Source: Candidatus Methylomirabilia bacterium
Lineage (GTDB): Bacteria > Methylomirabilota > Methylomirabilia > Rokubacteriales > CSP1-6
Assembly: GCA_041497115.1 (NCBI GenBank)
Contig: JBGQFW010000011.1
Location: 2,699-66,698 of the forward strand
Direction of reading: 5' to 3'
DNA length: 64,000 nucleotides
Shown: one piece after another, positions 49,074 to 57,879 of the stretch
How positions within the stretch are numbered: position 1 is the stretch's first letter
How the letters are laid out: each line of letters opens with the position of its first letter
The notes under the pieces: model-generated
The model's input: the letters and a program-made list of their open reading frames with translations, nothing else
What the model was told of the DNA's origin: nothing
Databases searched by the model: none
Program-made: the position numbers and the translations under genes

Positions 49074-50036
49074 GTGGTCGAGTTCCTCGTCCGCCGGGCG
49101 TTCATCTCGGCGGTCACGCTGGTCCTGATCAGCGTCATCGTGTTCACGGGCGTCCGGATGATCCCGGGCGACCCTGCCCGGGTGCTCGCCGGCACCGACG
49201 CCGACGCCGCCGGGATCGAGGAGCTGCGGGAGAAGTACGGCCTGCGCGACCCGATCCCGGTGCAGTACCTGCGCTGGGCCGCGCTGGCGCTGCGCGGCGA
49301 CCTCGGCGAGTCGATCCGCACGCGCCAGTCGGTCGCGTGGACGGTGGCCATCAAGCTGCCGATCACGGCCGAGCTGGCCGGCCTGTCCATCCTCATCGCG
49401 CTGGCGATCGCCATCCCGGCCGGCGTCATGGCGGCGGTCCACCGCAACGGCGCGTGGGACGTCGTCGCCAGCGGCGTGTCGCTGTGCGGCGTGTCGATCC
49501 CCAACTTCTGGCTCGGCATCATGCTGATCCTGCTCGTCTCGGTGCGCCTCGGCTGGCTGCCCGCCTCCGGCTTCGTGCCGCTCGTCGAGGACCCGCTCGG
49601 CAATCTCAAGCGCATGCTGATGCCCGCGCTGGTCCTCGGCGCGGGGCTGGCCGCGGTGCTGATGCGCCAGACGCGCAACGCGATGATCGAGGTGCTGAGC
49701 GCGGACTACGTGCGCACCGCCCGCGCCAAGGGGCTCGCCCAGGGGGCGGTCGTCCTCCGCCACGCGCTGCGCAACGGCCTGATCCCGGTCGTCACGATCC
49801 TCGGGCTGCAGATGGGCGCCCTGATGAGCGGCGCCGTCGTCACCGAGTCCATCTTCGTGGTGCCGGGGTTCGGCCGGCTCGTCGTCGAGGCGGTGTTCAC
49901 CCGCGACTACCCGGTCGTGCAGGGCGTGGTGCTGATCACCGCCTCGTCGTACGTGCTGATCAACCTCCTGGTGGACGTCTCCTACACCGTGCTCAACCCG
50001 CGCATCCGCATCCGCGGCGCCGCCGATGGCGGCTGA
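49074..50036 (+). CDS. Peptide ABC permease (DppB-like)
   Basis: IPNFWLG, DYVRTARAKGL, HALRNG and RDYPVVQG motifs. Confidence 0.93.
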   Translation: MVEFLVRRAFISAVTLVLISVIVFTGVRMIPGDPARVLAGTDADAAGIEELREKYGLRDPIPVQYLRWAALALRGDLGESIRTRQSVAWTVAIKLPITAELAGLSILIALAIAIPAGVMAAVHRNGAWDVVASGVSLCGVSIPNFWLGIMLILLVSVRLGWLPASGFVPLVEDPLGNLKRMLMPALVLGAGLAAVLMRQTRNAMIEVLSADYVRTARAKGLAQGAVVLRHALRNGLIPVVTILGLQMGALMSGAVVTESIFVVPGFGRLVVEAVFTRDYPVVQGVVLITASSYVLINLLVDVSYTVLNPRIRIRGAADGG

Positions 50037-50919
50037 CGCGGCCGTCGCGCTGCCACTGGCCGTCGAGGCGGCGGCGCCGCGCGCGGGGCTGCTGGCCCGG
50101 GCGTGGCGCGTGGGCCGGCGCCGGCCGGCCGCCGTCGTCGGGGCCGCCGTCGTCCTGCTCTTCGTCGTCGTGGCGGCGGGAGCGCCGTGGATCGCCCCCG
50201 ACGATCCCACCCGCACCGACTGGAGCCAGCTCCGCAAGGCGCCGTCGTGGACCCACCCGTTCGGCACCGACGACCTCGGCCGCGACGGCCTCTCGCGTCT
50301 GGTGTGGGGCGCACGCATCTCGATGGAGGCCGGCGTCTTCTCGATCCTGCTCGCGATCGCGATCGGCGTGCCGATCGGGCTGGCGGCCGGCTTCTACCGC
50401 GGCGCGCTGGACCAGCTCGTCATGCGGCTGACCGACGCGTGGCTGGCGTTTCCGTTCCTGATCCTGGCCATCGGCCTCGTCACGATCCTGGGGCCGTCGC
50501 TCACCAACGCGACGCTGGCCATCGGGCTCGGCGCCACGCCGACCTACATCCGCCTCACCCGCGGCCTCGTGCTCGCGACGAGCCAGGAGGACTACGTGCA
50601 CGGCGCGCGCGCGCTCGGCGCCGGCGACCTGCGCGTGATGGGCCGGCACATCCTGCCCAACATCGTCAGCGCGATCATCGTGCAGGCCACCGTCGCGGTG
50701 CCGACCGCCATCATCGCCGAGGCGATCCTGTCCTTCCTCGGCCTCGGCGTGCAGCCGCCGGCGCCCTCGTGGGGCACGATGCTCAACGCCGCCCAGCAGT
50801 TCCTCGAGCAGGCGCCGTGGATGGCCTACTGGCCGGGGCTGGCGATCTTCGTGCTGGCGCTGTCCTTCAACCTCGCGGGCGACGGCCTGCGTGACGTCCT
50901 CGACCCTCGAGATTATTAG
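50026..50919 (+). CDS. Peptide ABC permease (DppC-like)
   Basis: FGTDDLGRD, HILPN, EAILSFLGLG and GDGLRDVLDPR motifs. Confidence 0.93.
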   Translation: MAADAAVALPLAVEAAAPRAGLLARAWRVGRRRPAAVVGAAVVLLFVVVAAGAPWIAPDDPTRTDWSQLRKAPSWTHPFGTDDLGRDGLSRLVWGARISMEAGVFSILLAIAIGVPIGLAAGFYRGALDQLVMRLTDAWLAFPFLILAIGLVTILGPSLTNATLAIGLGATPTYIRLTRGLVLATSQEDYVHGARALGAGDLRVMGRHILPNIVSAIIVQATVAVPTAIIAEAILSFLGLGVQPPAPSWGTMLNAAQQFLEQAPWMAYWPGLAIFVLALSFNLAGDGLRDVLDPRDY

Positions 50920-50955
50920 GTGGGGGGCCCCGAGATGGCCCCCCCCCCCCCCCAA
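50920..50955 (+). repeat. Dispersed repeat, partial copy C (first hairpin plus C15 tract)
   Basis: GGGGGGCCCCGAGATGGCCCCCC matches the first hairpin of copies A and B. The ACA in the C-run is replaced by CCC. Confidence 0.75.
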
Positions 50956-53145
50956 ATGCACGGCCGCCACCCCGCGCCGCCGGGGCGCACCGCGAAGATC
51001 GCGCTCGTCGGCGCCCTCAAGGCGGCGCCGGCGGTGGCGCAGCAGCCGGCGCCCGAGGAGGTCATCCGGATGCCCGAGGTGCGTGTCTCGGCGCCGGCCC
51101 GCCTGCCCGACGCGCCGCTGCCGCTCGACCACGTCCCCGGCAGCGTGCAGATCCTCACCGGCGACGAGGCGCGCGCGTCGGGCGCGCGCAGCGTGCAGGA
51201 CGTCCTCGACCGGCTGCCCGGCGTGACGAGCCCCGACCAGCAGGGCAATTCGGCGCAGCGCGACGTCTCACTGCGCGGCTTCCAGGCCTCACCGGTGACC
51301 GGCGTGCCGCAGGGGCTCAGCGTGTTCGTGGACGGCGTGCGCGTCAACGAGCCGACGGTGGAGGAGGTGAACTTCGACCTGATCCCGCTCGACGACATCG
51401 AGCGCATCGAGGTCATCCGCGGCCCGACGGCGCTGTTCGGCCGCAACACGCTCGGCGGCGCCCTCAACATCGTCACCCGGCGCGGCGGCGAGATCCGCGA
51501 GGTCGAGCCCGCGATGGAGGCGGGCAGCTTCGGCGGCCAGAAGTACCGGCTGCGCGCCGCCGGCCCGGCCGGGCCGCTCGACTACTACGTCGCCGGCACC
51601 TATCGGCAGGAGGACGGCTGGCGCGACCTCTCCCGCGTGCGCCTCGGCCGGCTCTTCGCCAAGCTCGGCCTGCGCGCCGGCGACACCGACGCCACGCTGT
51701 CGTTCCAGCGCGCCGAGAACCGCATCGAGGAGCCGGGCTCGCTGCCGCTGAGCGAGCTGGGGCGGGACCGCCGCCTCAACTACACCGGCGGCGACTTCTT
51801 CAAGCCGCTGCTGAATCTCGTGACGCTGAACGTCCACCAGCTCCTCGCCGAGCGCACCAGCCTCGGGCTCACCGCCTTCGCGCGCACGCTGGACACCGAG
51901 CAGTTCAACGTGAACCTCGTCGGCGCCAACACGCGCAGCTTCGGCCACACCGCCTCGGCGGGCACCACCCTGCAGCTCGACCACGACGCCCGCGTGCTGG
52001 GCCGCGCCGACCACCTCACGCTCGGCCTCGAGTACCTGCATTCCGACGTCGGCGTGAGCGCGTTCCTGGAGCAGCCGGCCGGCGACCACGCCCTCGACAG
52101 CCGGGCGCGCGACGACCAGCACGGGTGGGCGCTGTTCGCGCAGAACACCCTCGACCTCGCCCGCGACCTGCTGGCGCCCGGCGACGTCCTCGTGCTCACC
52201 ACCGCCGCGCGCTTCGACTGGCTCCGCCACCAGATCGGCGACGCCAGCCCGGCCGGCGGCGGGCCGAGCTCCGACGGCACCAGCACCTTCAGCCGGCTCG
52301 ACCCGCGCCTCGGGCTGAACTACAACGTCTCGCCGGCGGCGGGCGTCTACGCGGTCTACGCGCAAGGCTTCCGCGCCCCGGCCTTCCTCGAGCTCACGTG
52401 CGCCCGGCCCGGCGCGATCTGCCCCGGGTTGCAGGCCGGGGTGGCGGCGGACCCGCCGCTGAAGGCGGTGACGGCCGATCACTGGGAGGTCGGCGCCCGG
52501 CTGGCGCCCCGGTCCTGGCTCAATCTCGAGCTCGCCGCCTTCCGCACCGAGCTGCACGACGACATCTTCTCGGTGTCACCGACCGGCACGATCGGCCTCT
52601 TCTTCCAGAACGTCGGCGCCACCCGCCGCCAGGGGTTCGAGGCGGACGCGCGCGCGACGCTCGACCGGCGCTGGGACCTGCACCTCGGCTACGCATACAC
52701 CGAGGCGACGTTCCGCGACGACGTGGAGCTCGCCACGCCGCGGCTCACCGCCGGCTGCGCCGCCGCGCCGTGCGTGCAGCACGTGCGGCGCGGCAGCGAC
52801 ATCCCGCTCGTCCCCCGCCACCGCCTCGACGCCGGCGTGGACCACCATCTGACCTCGTGGCTCACGCTGTGGGTGTCGGGCGCGTACGTCGGCCGCCAGC
52901 GGCTGCGGGGCGACGAGGAGAACGTCGCGCGCCAGCTCGCGCCCTACGTCACCCTCAGCGCCGGCGCCCGCGCGCGCTGGAGGGGGCTCACCGCGTTCCT
53001 CACGATCCGCAACCTGCTCGACGACGCGCACGAGACGTACGGGACGTTCGCGCCCAATGCCAAGCGGCCGGGCGCGCCGATCGAGCCGTTCCTCACGCCG
53101 GCGCCGCCGATCCACGTGGACGCCGGCGTCGCCTACCGGTTCTGA
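50956..53145 (+). CDS. TonB-dependent outer membrane receptor
   Basis: Plug motifs (LRGF...VDGVRVN, IERIEVIRGPTALFGRNTLGGALNIVT), beta-barrel, C-terminal YRF. Start uncertain; ATG 50956 chosen as the first ATG after the repeat. Confidence 0.9.
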   Translation: MHGRHPAPPGRTAKIALVGALKAAPAVAQQPAPEEVIRMPEVRVSAPARLPDAPLPLDHVPGSVQILTGDEARASGARSVQDVLDRLPGVTSPDQQGNSAQRDVSLRGFQASPVTGVPQGLSVFVDGVRVNEPTVEEVNFDLIPLDDIERIEVIRGPTALFGRNTLGGALNIVTRRGGEIREVEPAMEAGSFGGQKYRLRAAGPAGPLDYYVAGTYRQEDGWRDLSRVRLGRLFAKLGLRAGDTDATLSFQRAENRIEEPGSLPLSELGRDRRLNYTGGDFFKPLLNLVTLNVHQLLAERTSLGLTAFARTLDTEQFNVNLVGANTRSFGHTASAGTTLQLDHDARVLGRADHLTLGLEYLHSDVGVSAFLEQPAGDHALDSRARDDQHGWALFAQNTLDLARDLLAPGDVLVLTTAARFDWLRHQIGDASPAGGGPSSDGTSTFSRLDPRLGLNYNVSPAAGVYAVYAQGFRAPAFLELTCARPGAICPGLQAGVAADPPLKAVTADHWEVGARLAPRSWLNLELAAFRTELHDDIFSVSPTGTIGLFFQNVGATRRQGFEADARATLDRRWDLHLGYAYTEATFRDDVELATPRLTAGCAAAPCVQHVRRGSDIPLVPRHRLDAGVDHHLTSWLTLWVSGAYVGRQRLRGDEENVARQLAPYVTLSAGARARWRGLTAFLTIRNLLDDAHETYGTFAPNAKRPGAPIEPFLTPAPPIHVDAGVAYRF

Positions 53146-53147
53146 GC

Positions 53148-53711
53148 GTGGCGCGCGTCCACATCCTCGGCGCCTCCGGCTCGGGGACGACGACGCTGGA
53201 CCGCGCGCTCGCCGCCCGGCTCGGCTGCCCGCACCTGGACACCGACAACTTCTTCTGGCTGCCGAGCGAGCCGCCCTTCGAGCGGATCCGCGAGCGGCCC
53301 GAGCGCCAGGCGCAGCTCGGCGCCGCGCTGGCCCGCGATCCCGCGTGGGTGCTGTCAGGCTCGCTGTGCGGCTGGGGCGACCTCTTCGTCCCGCGCTTCG
53401 ACGTCGTCGTGTTCGTGTGGCTGGCGCCCGAGATCCGGCTGGCGCGGCTGCGCGAGCGCGAGCGCCAGCGCTACGGCGACGCGGCCATCGCGCCGGGCGG
53501 GTCGCGCGCGGCGAAGTCCCTGGCGTTTCTCGTATGGGCCGCCGCGTACGACGAGGGGTATGCCGTCGAGCGCAATCGCCTCATGCACGAGCGCTGGCTG
53601 GCCGCGCTGCAGTGCCCGGTCGTCCGCCTCGAGGACGCCGCCGCCACCGAGGAGCACGTCGCGCGGATCGGGTACTATCTCGCCCAGCATCACCTCGGAG
53701 GTCTGTCATGA
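53148..53711 (+). CDS. P-loop nucleotide kinase-like protein (adenylate kinase/FlaR-like)
   Basis: HILGASGSGTTT, LDTDNFFW, WVLSGS and RLRERERQRYG motifs. Confidence 0.75.
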   Translation: MARVHILGASGSGTTTLDRALAARLGCPHLDTDNFFWLPSEPPFERIRERPERQAQLGAALARDPAWVLSGSLCGWGDLFVPRFDVVVFVWLAPEIRLARLRERERQRYGDAAIAPGGSRAAKSLAFLVWAAAYDEGYAVERNRLMHERWLAALQCPVVRLEDAAATEEHVARIGYYLAQHHLGGLS

Positions 53712-54622
53712 AAGTCTGCCAGTTCTTCCTGCCGGGACGCGGCCCGCGCGTGGGCATCGTGGCCGGCGACGCGGTGCTCGACGTGACGTCGCCGAAGGCC
53801 GGCGTGACGTCGGTGACCGGCCTCATCGCCCAGTGCGGGACGGCGGCGCGGCTCGAGAGCCGCCTGCGCGCCCTCGCCAAAACCGCGCGCGCGCGCGTGC
53901 CGTGGGCCACGCTCGACCGGACGCCGGCGCCGCGGCGGCCTTACCTGTTAGCGCCGCTCGATCCCCCCGAAGTCTGGGGCGCCGGCATCACCTACCGGCG
54001 CAGCCGCGAGTACTACGAGGCCCACACCGGCGAGGGCGGGCGCACCAGGGGGATCTACGACTTCGTCTACGAGTCCGAGCGCCCCGAGCTCTTCTTCAAG
54101 GCGACCGCCTCGCGCACGGTCGGGCCCAACGCGCCGATCGGCGTCCGCGCGGACTCGGCCCTCACCGCCGTCGAGCCCGAGCTCGCGCTGGTCCTCGGGC
54201 GCGGCGGCGCCATCGTCGGCTACACGATCGGCAACGACCTGTCGGCGTGGGACATCGAGCGCGCCAATCCGCTGTTCCTGCCCCAGTCGAAGATCTTCGA
54301 CGGCTGCTTCGCGTGCGGTCCGGTGCTGGCGACGGCGGCCGAGGTCGGCGATCCCCACGCGCTCGAGCTGACGTGCACGATCTCGCGCGGCGGGCGGGCG
54401 ATCTTCCGCGGCGGGGTCAACACCAAGGAGATGAAGCGGCAGTGCGCCGACCTGGTGGCCTGGCTCTGCCGGAGCAACCCTTGCCCGCCCGGCACCGTGC
54501 TCTCGACCGGCACCGGCATCCTGGTGCCCGACGAGCACGCGCTGGCCGACGGCGACGTGGTGGAGATCACGCTCGACCGGGTCGGGACCCTGCGCAACCC
54601 GGTGCGGCGGCTCCGACCCTAG
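53708..54622 (+). CDS. Fumarylacetoacetate hydrolase family protein (XylX/KdaD-like dehydratase subgroup)
   Basis: EVWGAGITY, RPELFFKA, EPELAL, GNDLSAWDIE..NPL.LPQSK and TGTG motifs. Confidence 0.87.
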   Translation: MKVCQFFLPGRGPRVGIVAGDAVLDVTSPKAGVTSVTGLIAQCGTAARLESRLRALAKTARARVPWATLDRTPAPRRPYLLAPLDPPEVWGAGITYRRSREYYEAHTGEGGRTRGIYDFVYESERPELFFKATASRTVGPNAPIGVRADSALTAVEPELALVLGRGGAIVGYTIGNDLSAWDIERANPLFLPQSKIFDGCFACGPVLATAAEVGDPHALELTCTISRGGRAIFRGGVNTKEMKRQCADLVAWLCRSNPCPPGTVLSTGTGILVPDEHALADGDVVEITLDRVGTLRNPVRRLRP

Positions 54623-54625
54623 TCT

Positions 54626-55615
54626 TCATTCGGTCGACGCGCCCGGCGGAATGAGGTTGAGGGGCAATTCGCCGTGGGCCGTGCGCCGGATGTTCTCCGC
54701 GATCAGTTTCGCCCGCGCGTCCAGCATCCCGTCTGTCCAGCCGGACACGTGCGGCGTCATGAGAACGTTCGGCAGCTCGTGAAAGGGCCGCTGAGCCGGA
54801 AGCGTCGGGCCGGCCTCACTCGGATAGCGATACCAGACGTCGAGGGCCGCGGCGGCGATCCTTCTCTCGGCCAACGCCGCATAGAGGGCGTCCTCGTCGA
54901 GGATGTGGGCGCGCGCGACGTTGACGAGGATCGCCGTCGGCTTCATGGAGCGGAGCTGCGCGTCACCGAGGAGACCGCGGGTCTCGGACGTCAGCGGCAG
55001 CGTGATCGCGAGATAGTCGGAGCGCGCGAGCACGTCGTCGAGGGCCTCGGGCCCACGGACGGCCGCGAGGCCATGCGGATCCGGCGCCGAGCTGTCCCGG
55101 CGGATCGCCAGAATTTCCATGTCGAATGCGCGGGCGCGGCGGGCCACCGCCTGGCCGATCCGCCCGTAGCCAATGATGCCGAGCGTTTTTCCGGCCAGCT
55201 CCGGCCACACGGAGGGCGACGGCGCGCCGACCGCCCACTGGCTCTCCCAGCACCCACGGCGGAGCGCGGCGTCGATTCGACCGAACTCCCGCGTGAGCGC
55301 CAGCAGCGCTCCCAGCACGTACTCCGCGATGCCGATCTCGTGACCATACACATTCGCGAGCCGCGTGCCCGCCGGCAGCGCAGCGCGATCGATCCGGTCG
55401 AGGCCGGCTCCGGGCACCTGCACGAGCTTGAGTCGCCGGGCTACCGCGGCCATCTCACGGCTGAACGCGAGCGTGATGAGGACATCGAGATCGGGGAGCT
55501 TGGAGACGATCCCGACCTCGTCGGCGACGACGACGTCACACGACACTTCGAGATGTGCGCGTACAGGACCTTCGAGCCGCGCGGCGAAGCTGCCGGCGAA
55601 GCCAATCCCAAGCAT
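54626..55615 (-). CDS. D-2-hydroxyacid dehydrogenase
   Basis: GIIGYGRIG, VNVAR, LDVWYRYP and TPHVSG motifs. SD GAAGGAGG. Confidence 0.9.
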   Translation of the reverse strand: MLGIGFAGSFAARLEGPVRAHLEVSCDVVVADEVGIVSKLPDLDVLITLAFSREMAAVARRLKLVQVPGAGLDRIDRAALPAGTRLANVYGHEIGIAEYVLGALLALTREFGRIDAALRRGCWESQWAVGAPSPSVWPELAGKTLGIIGYGRIGQAVARRARAFDMEILAIRRDSSAPDPHGLAAVRGPEALDDVLARSDYLAITLPLTSETRGLLGDAQLRSMKPTAILVNVARAHILDEDALYAALAERRIAAAALDVWYRYPSEAGPTLPAQRPFHELPNVLMTPHVSGWTDGMLDARAKLIAENIRRTAHGELPLNLIPPGASTE

Positions 55616-55744
55616 GAGGCCGCCTCCTTCCCGTTCACGTTGCAGCATGCCGGGCGCGGGCGGCGGCCGGCTGACAAGATTCAGACGATTTCTGCCAACA
55701 CCGCGCTTGCGCGAACGGATGGCGGAGCGGAAGATCCCAGCGTC

Positions 55745-56857
55745 ATGCCCCGGCGCATCATCCTCCTCGTCGTCCCCCCGGTGGACGAGCTCGACCTCGT
55801 CGGCCCGGTCGAGGTGTTGGTGGCCGCGAATCGTCTGGTGGGTGGCGCCCGAAAGCCCTATGCGATCGAGATCGTCACGACGGCGCGGGATCGAAGAGTC
55901 GCCGGAGAGTCCGGGCTGTCCTTTCTCGCGCATCGGCACTATCACGACGTCCGCGGCCGTCCCGACTCGGTGCTGGTCATTTGTGGGGTCGCCGCCCGCC
56001 TGAGGCGGGAGCGTGCCCTCCTCGGGTGGCTGCGACGGGTCGCGGCGACCAGCCGCCGCCTCGGGTCGGTGTGCGTCGGCGCGTTCCTGCTGGCCGCCGC
56101 CGGGATCCTCGACGGCCGGCGGGCGACCGTGCACTGGAGGTACGCGCGCGAGCTCGCCGATCGGTACCCGCGGGTCGCTGTCGATCCACGACCGACCTGG
56201 GCGCAGGACGGCAACATCTATACTTCGGCCGGCATCTCGGCCGGGATCGACCTCGCTCTCGCCTGGGTCGAAGAGGACGTCGGCACGGCCGCGGCGGTGA
56301 ATGTGGCGCGCGAGCTGGTGTTGTTCCTCCGTCGCCCGAGCGGCCAGGACCAGGTCAGCGTTTCCCTCGAGACGCAGGCCGCGCACACGAAGCCGATGCA
56401 CGCGCTGCAGATGTGGATGACCGAGCACCTCGACCAATCCCTGTCAGTCGGCACGCTCGCCGATCGCGCGGCCATGAGCGCGCGCAACTTCGCGCGGGTG
56501 TTCGCGCAGGAATTCGGCACCTCGCCCGGCCGCTACCTCTTTCACCTGCGGGTGGAAGCCGGCCGGCGGCTCCTGGAACAGACCGACAAGAGCCTGCTGC
56601 AGGTGGCGCTCGGGTGCGGCTTCCAGAGCGTCGACGTCATGCGGCGGGCCTTCCTGAGAGCCCTGGGAACGACGCCGCTCCGATATCGGCGTCACTTTCA
56701 GACGCCTGCCGCGAGATCTCGGATGCGCCCGGCCGCCATTCGCGGTCCGCTCGTCGCCGCCCGGCGAGAGATCGCGCGGGCCGCCCGGGTCGCGCTGACC
56801 TCGAGCCGCCGATCGAGCCGCACGTGGTCGACCGCCGGCGGTCGGAACCCAGCCTAG
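55745..56857 (+). CDS. GlxA family transcriptional regulator (DJ-1/PfpI domain plus AraC HTH)
   Basis: SVCVGAF, ATVHW, TSAGISAGIDL, RRPSGQ.Q, MSARNFARVF and GTTPLRYR motifs. Confidence 0.9.
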   Translation: MPRRIILLVVPPVDELDLVGPVEVLVAANRLVGGARKPYAIEIVTTARDRRVAGESGLSFLAHRHYHDVRGRPDSVLVICGVAARLRRERALLGWLRRVAATSRRLGSVCVGAFLLAAAGILDGRRATVHWRYARELADRYPRVAVDPRPTWAQDGNIYTSAGISAGIDLALAWVEEDVGTAAAVNVARELVLFLRRPSGQDQVSVSLETQAAHTKPMHALQMWMTEHLDQSLSVGTLADRAAMSARNFARVFAQEFGTSPGRYLFHLRVEAGRRLLEQTDKSLLQVALGCGFQSVDVMRRAFLRALGTTPLRYRRHFQTPAARSRMRPAAIRGPLVAARREIARAARVALTSSRRSSRTWSTAGGRNPA

Positions 56858-57879
56858 ACGAGCCGGGCGCCGGCCGCGAGCGCGGTCAGCTTGGCGCGCG
56901 CGAGGTCGCGAGGCAGGTACTTCATCCCGCAGTCGGGCGCGGCGACGAGCCGATCGGCGGGGACGTGCTTCAGCGCGGCGTCGATCCGGCGGGCGACCGT
57001 GTCGGCGGTCTCCGCCGCCGCGTCGCCGAGGTCGAGCACGCCGAGCACGATCGTCTTGGAGGGCAGCTCCTTCAGCGCCGCCAGGTCGAGCTTCGGCTGG
57101 GCGGCCTCGATGGACACCTGCGTGGCGCGCGAAGCCTCCAGCTCGGAGAGAAACCGGTAACCGCCCGACTTGGTCGTGCCGGCGAGCGCGTGGGAGAACG
57201 CGTAGCCGAAACAGAGGTGCACGCACGTCGGCTTCGTGAGACCGGCCAGCGCGCGATCGATGACGGTCACGCCAAAGGCCCGCGCGCGATCGGGATGCGC
57301 CTGCAGATACGGCTCGTCGAGCTGCAGCCAGTCCACCAGCGGCTCCAGCTCACGCAGCTCGGCGTTCACCGCCGCCGCGTAGGCGAGCGCCAGCCGCTCG
57401 GGATCGCGATAGTGCTCGTCCTGGGCGAGGCACGACAGCGTGAACGGCCCCGGCACGGTGATCTTGATGCGCCGCGCGGTGGCCGCGCGCAGGAAGGCGG
57501 CCTCGCTCACCGACACCGGCCGCACCCGCTCGATCGGGCCGACGACGCGCGGCACCGGCGTGGGACGGCCCAGCCGCCCGATGGCGCTGCCCGGCCGGTC
57601 GGGATCGATGCCGCCGAGCGCGGTAGCGAAGCGGTTGAAGTACGACTCGCGCCGCTGCTCGCCGTCGCTGATCACGTCGATGCCGGCGCGCTCCATGTCG
57701 GCGACGGCCAGCCGCACGGCGTCGTCCTGCGCCTCCTCGAGCAGCGCCGGCGCCACCCGCCACACCTCGGGCAGCCGGATCCGCGGCACCACGTTGCCGC
57801 GGAACCGCTCGCGGTCCACCAGCCACGCCGGTTGCGGGTAGCTGCCGACGACCGTGGTCGTGATGCGGGCGGCGGCCAT
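56854..57879 (-). CDS. Second 'core' MetE-like Zn-dependent methyl/alkyl transferase
   Basis: TTVVGSYPQP, DGEQRRES, QLDEP and HLC...E...PDCG motifs. Confidence 0.88.
   Translation of the reverse strand: MAAARITTTVVGSYPQPAWLVDRERFRGNVVPRIRLPEVWRVAPALLEEAQDDAVRLAVADMERAGIDVISDGEQRRESYFNRFATALGGIDPDRPGSAIGRLGRPTPVPRVVGPIERVRPVSVSEAAFLRAATARRIKITVPGPFTLSCLAQDEHYRDPERLALAYAAAVNAELRELEPLVDWLQLDEPYLQAHPDRARAFGVTVIDRALAGLTKPTCVHLCFGYAFSHALAGTTKSGGYRFLSELEASRATQVSIEAAQPKLDLAALKELPSKTIVLGVLDLGDAAAETADTVARRIDAALKHVPADRLVAAPDCGMKYLPRDLARAKLTALAAGARLV

Noticed and set aside
50939-50953. C15 tract as a phase-variation switch for the TonB receptor
   Set aside because: It matches the CCCCCCACACCCCCC linker of the repeat family in length and may be a base-calling error. 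It also lies upstream of the likely start codon.
53148-53711. Walker A lacking Lys (GSGTTT) as a sign of pseudogenisation
   Set aside because: The ORF is intact and coupled to the next gene. To my knowledge this variant is common in this kinase-like family.
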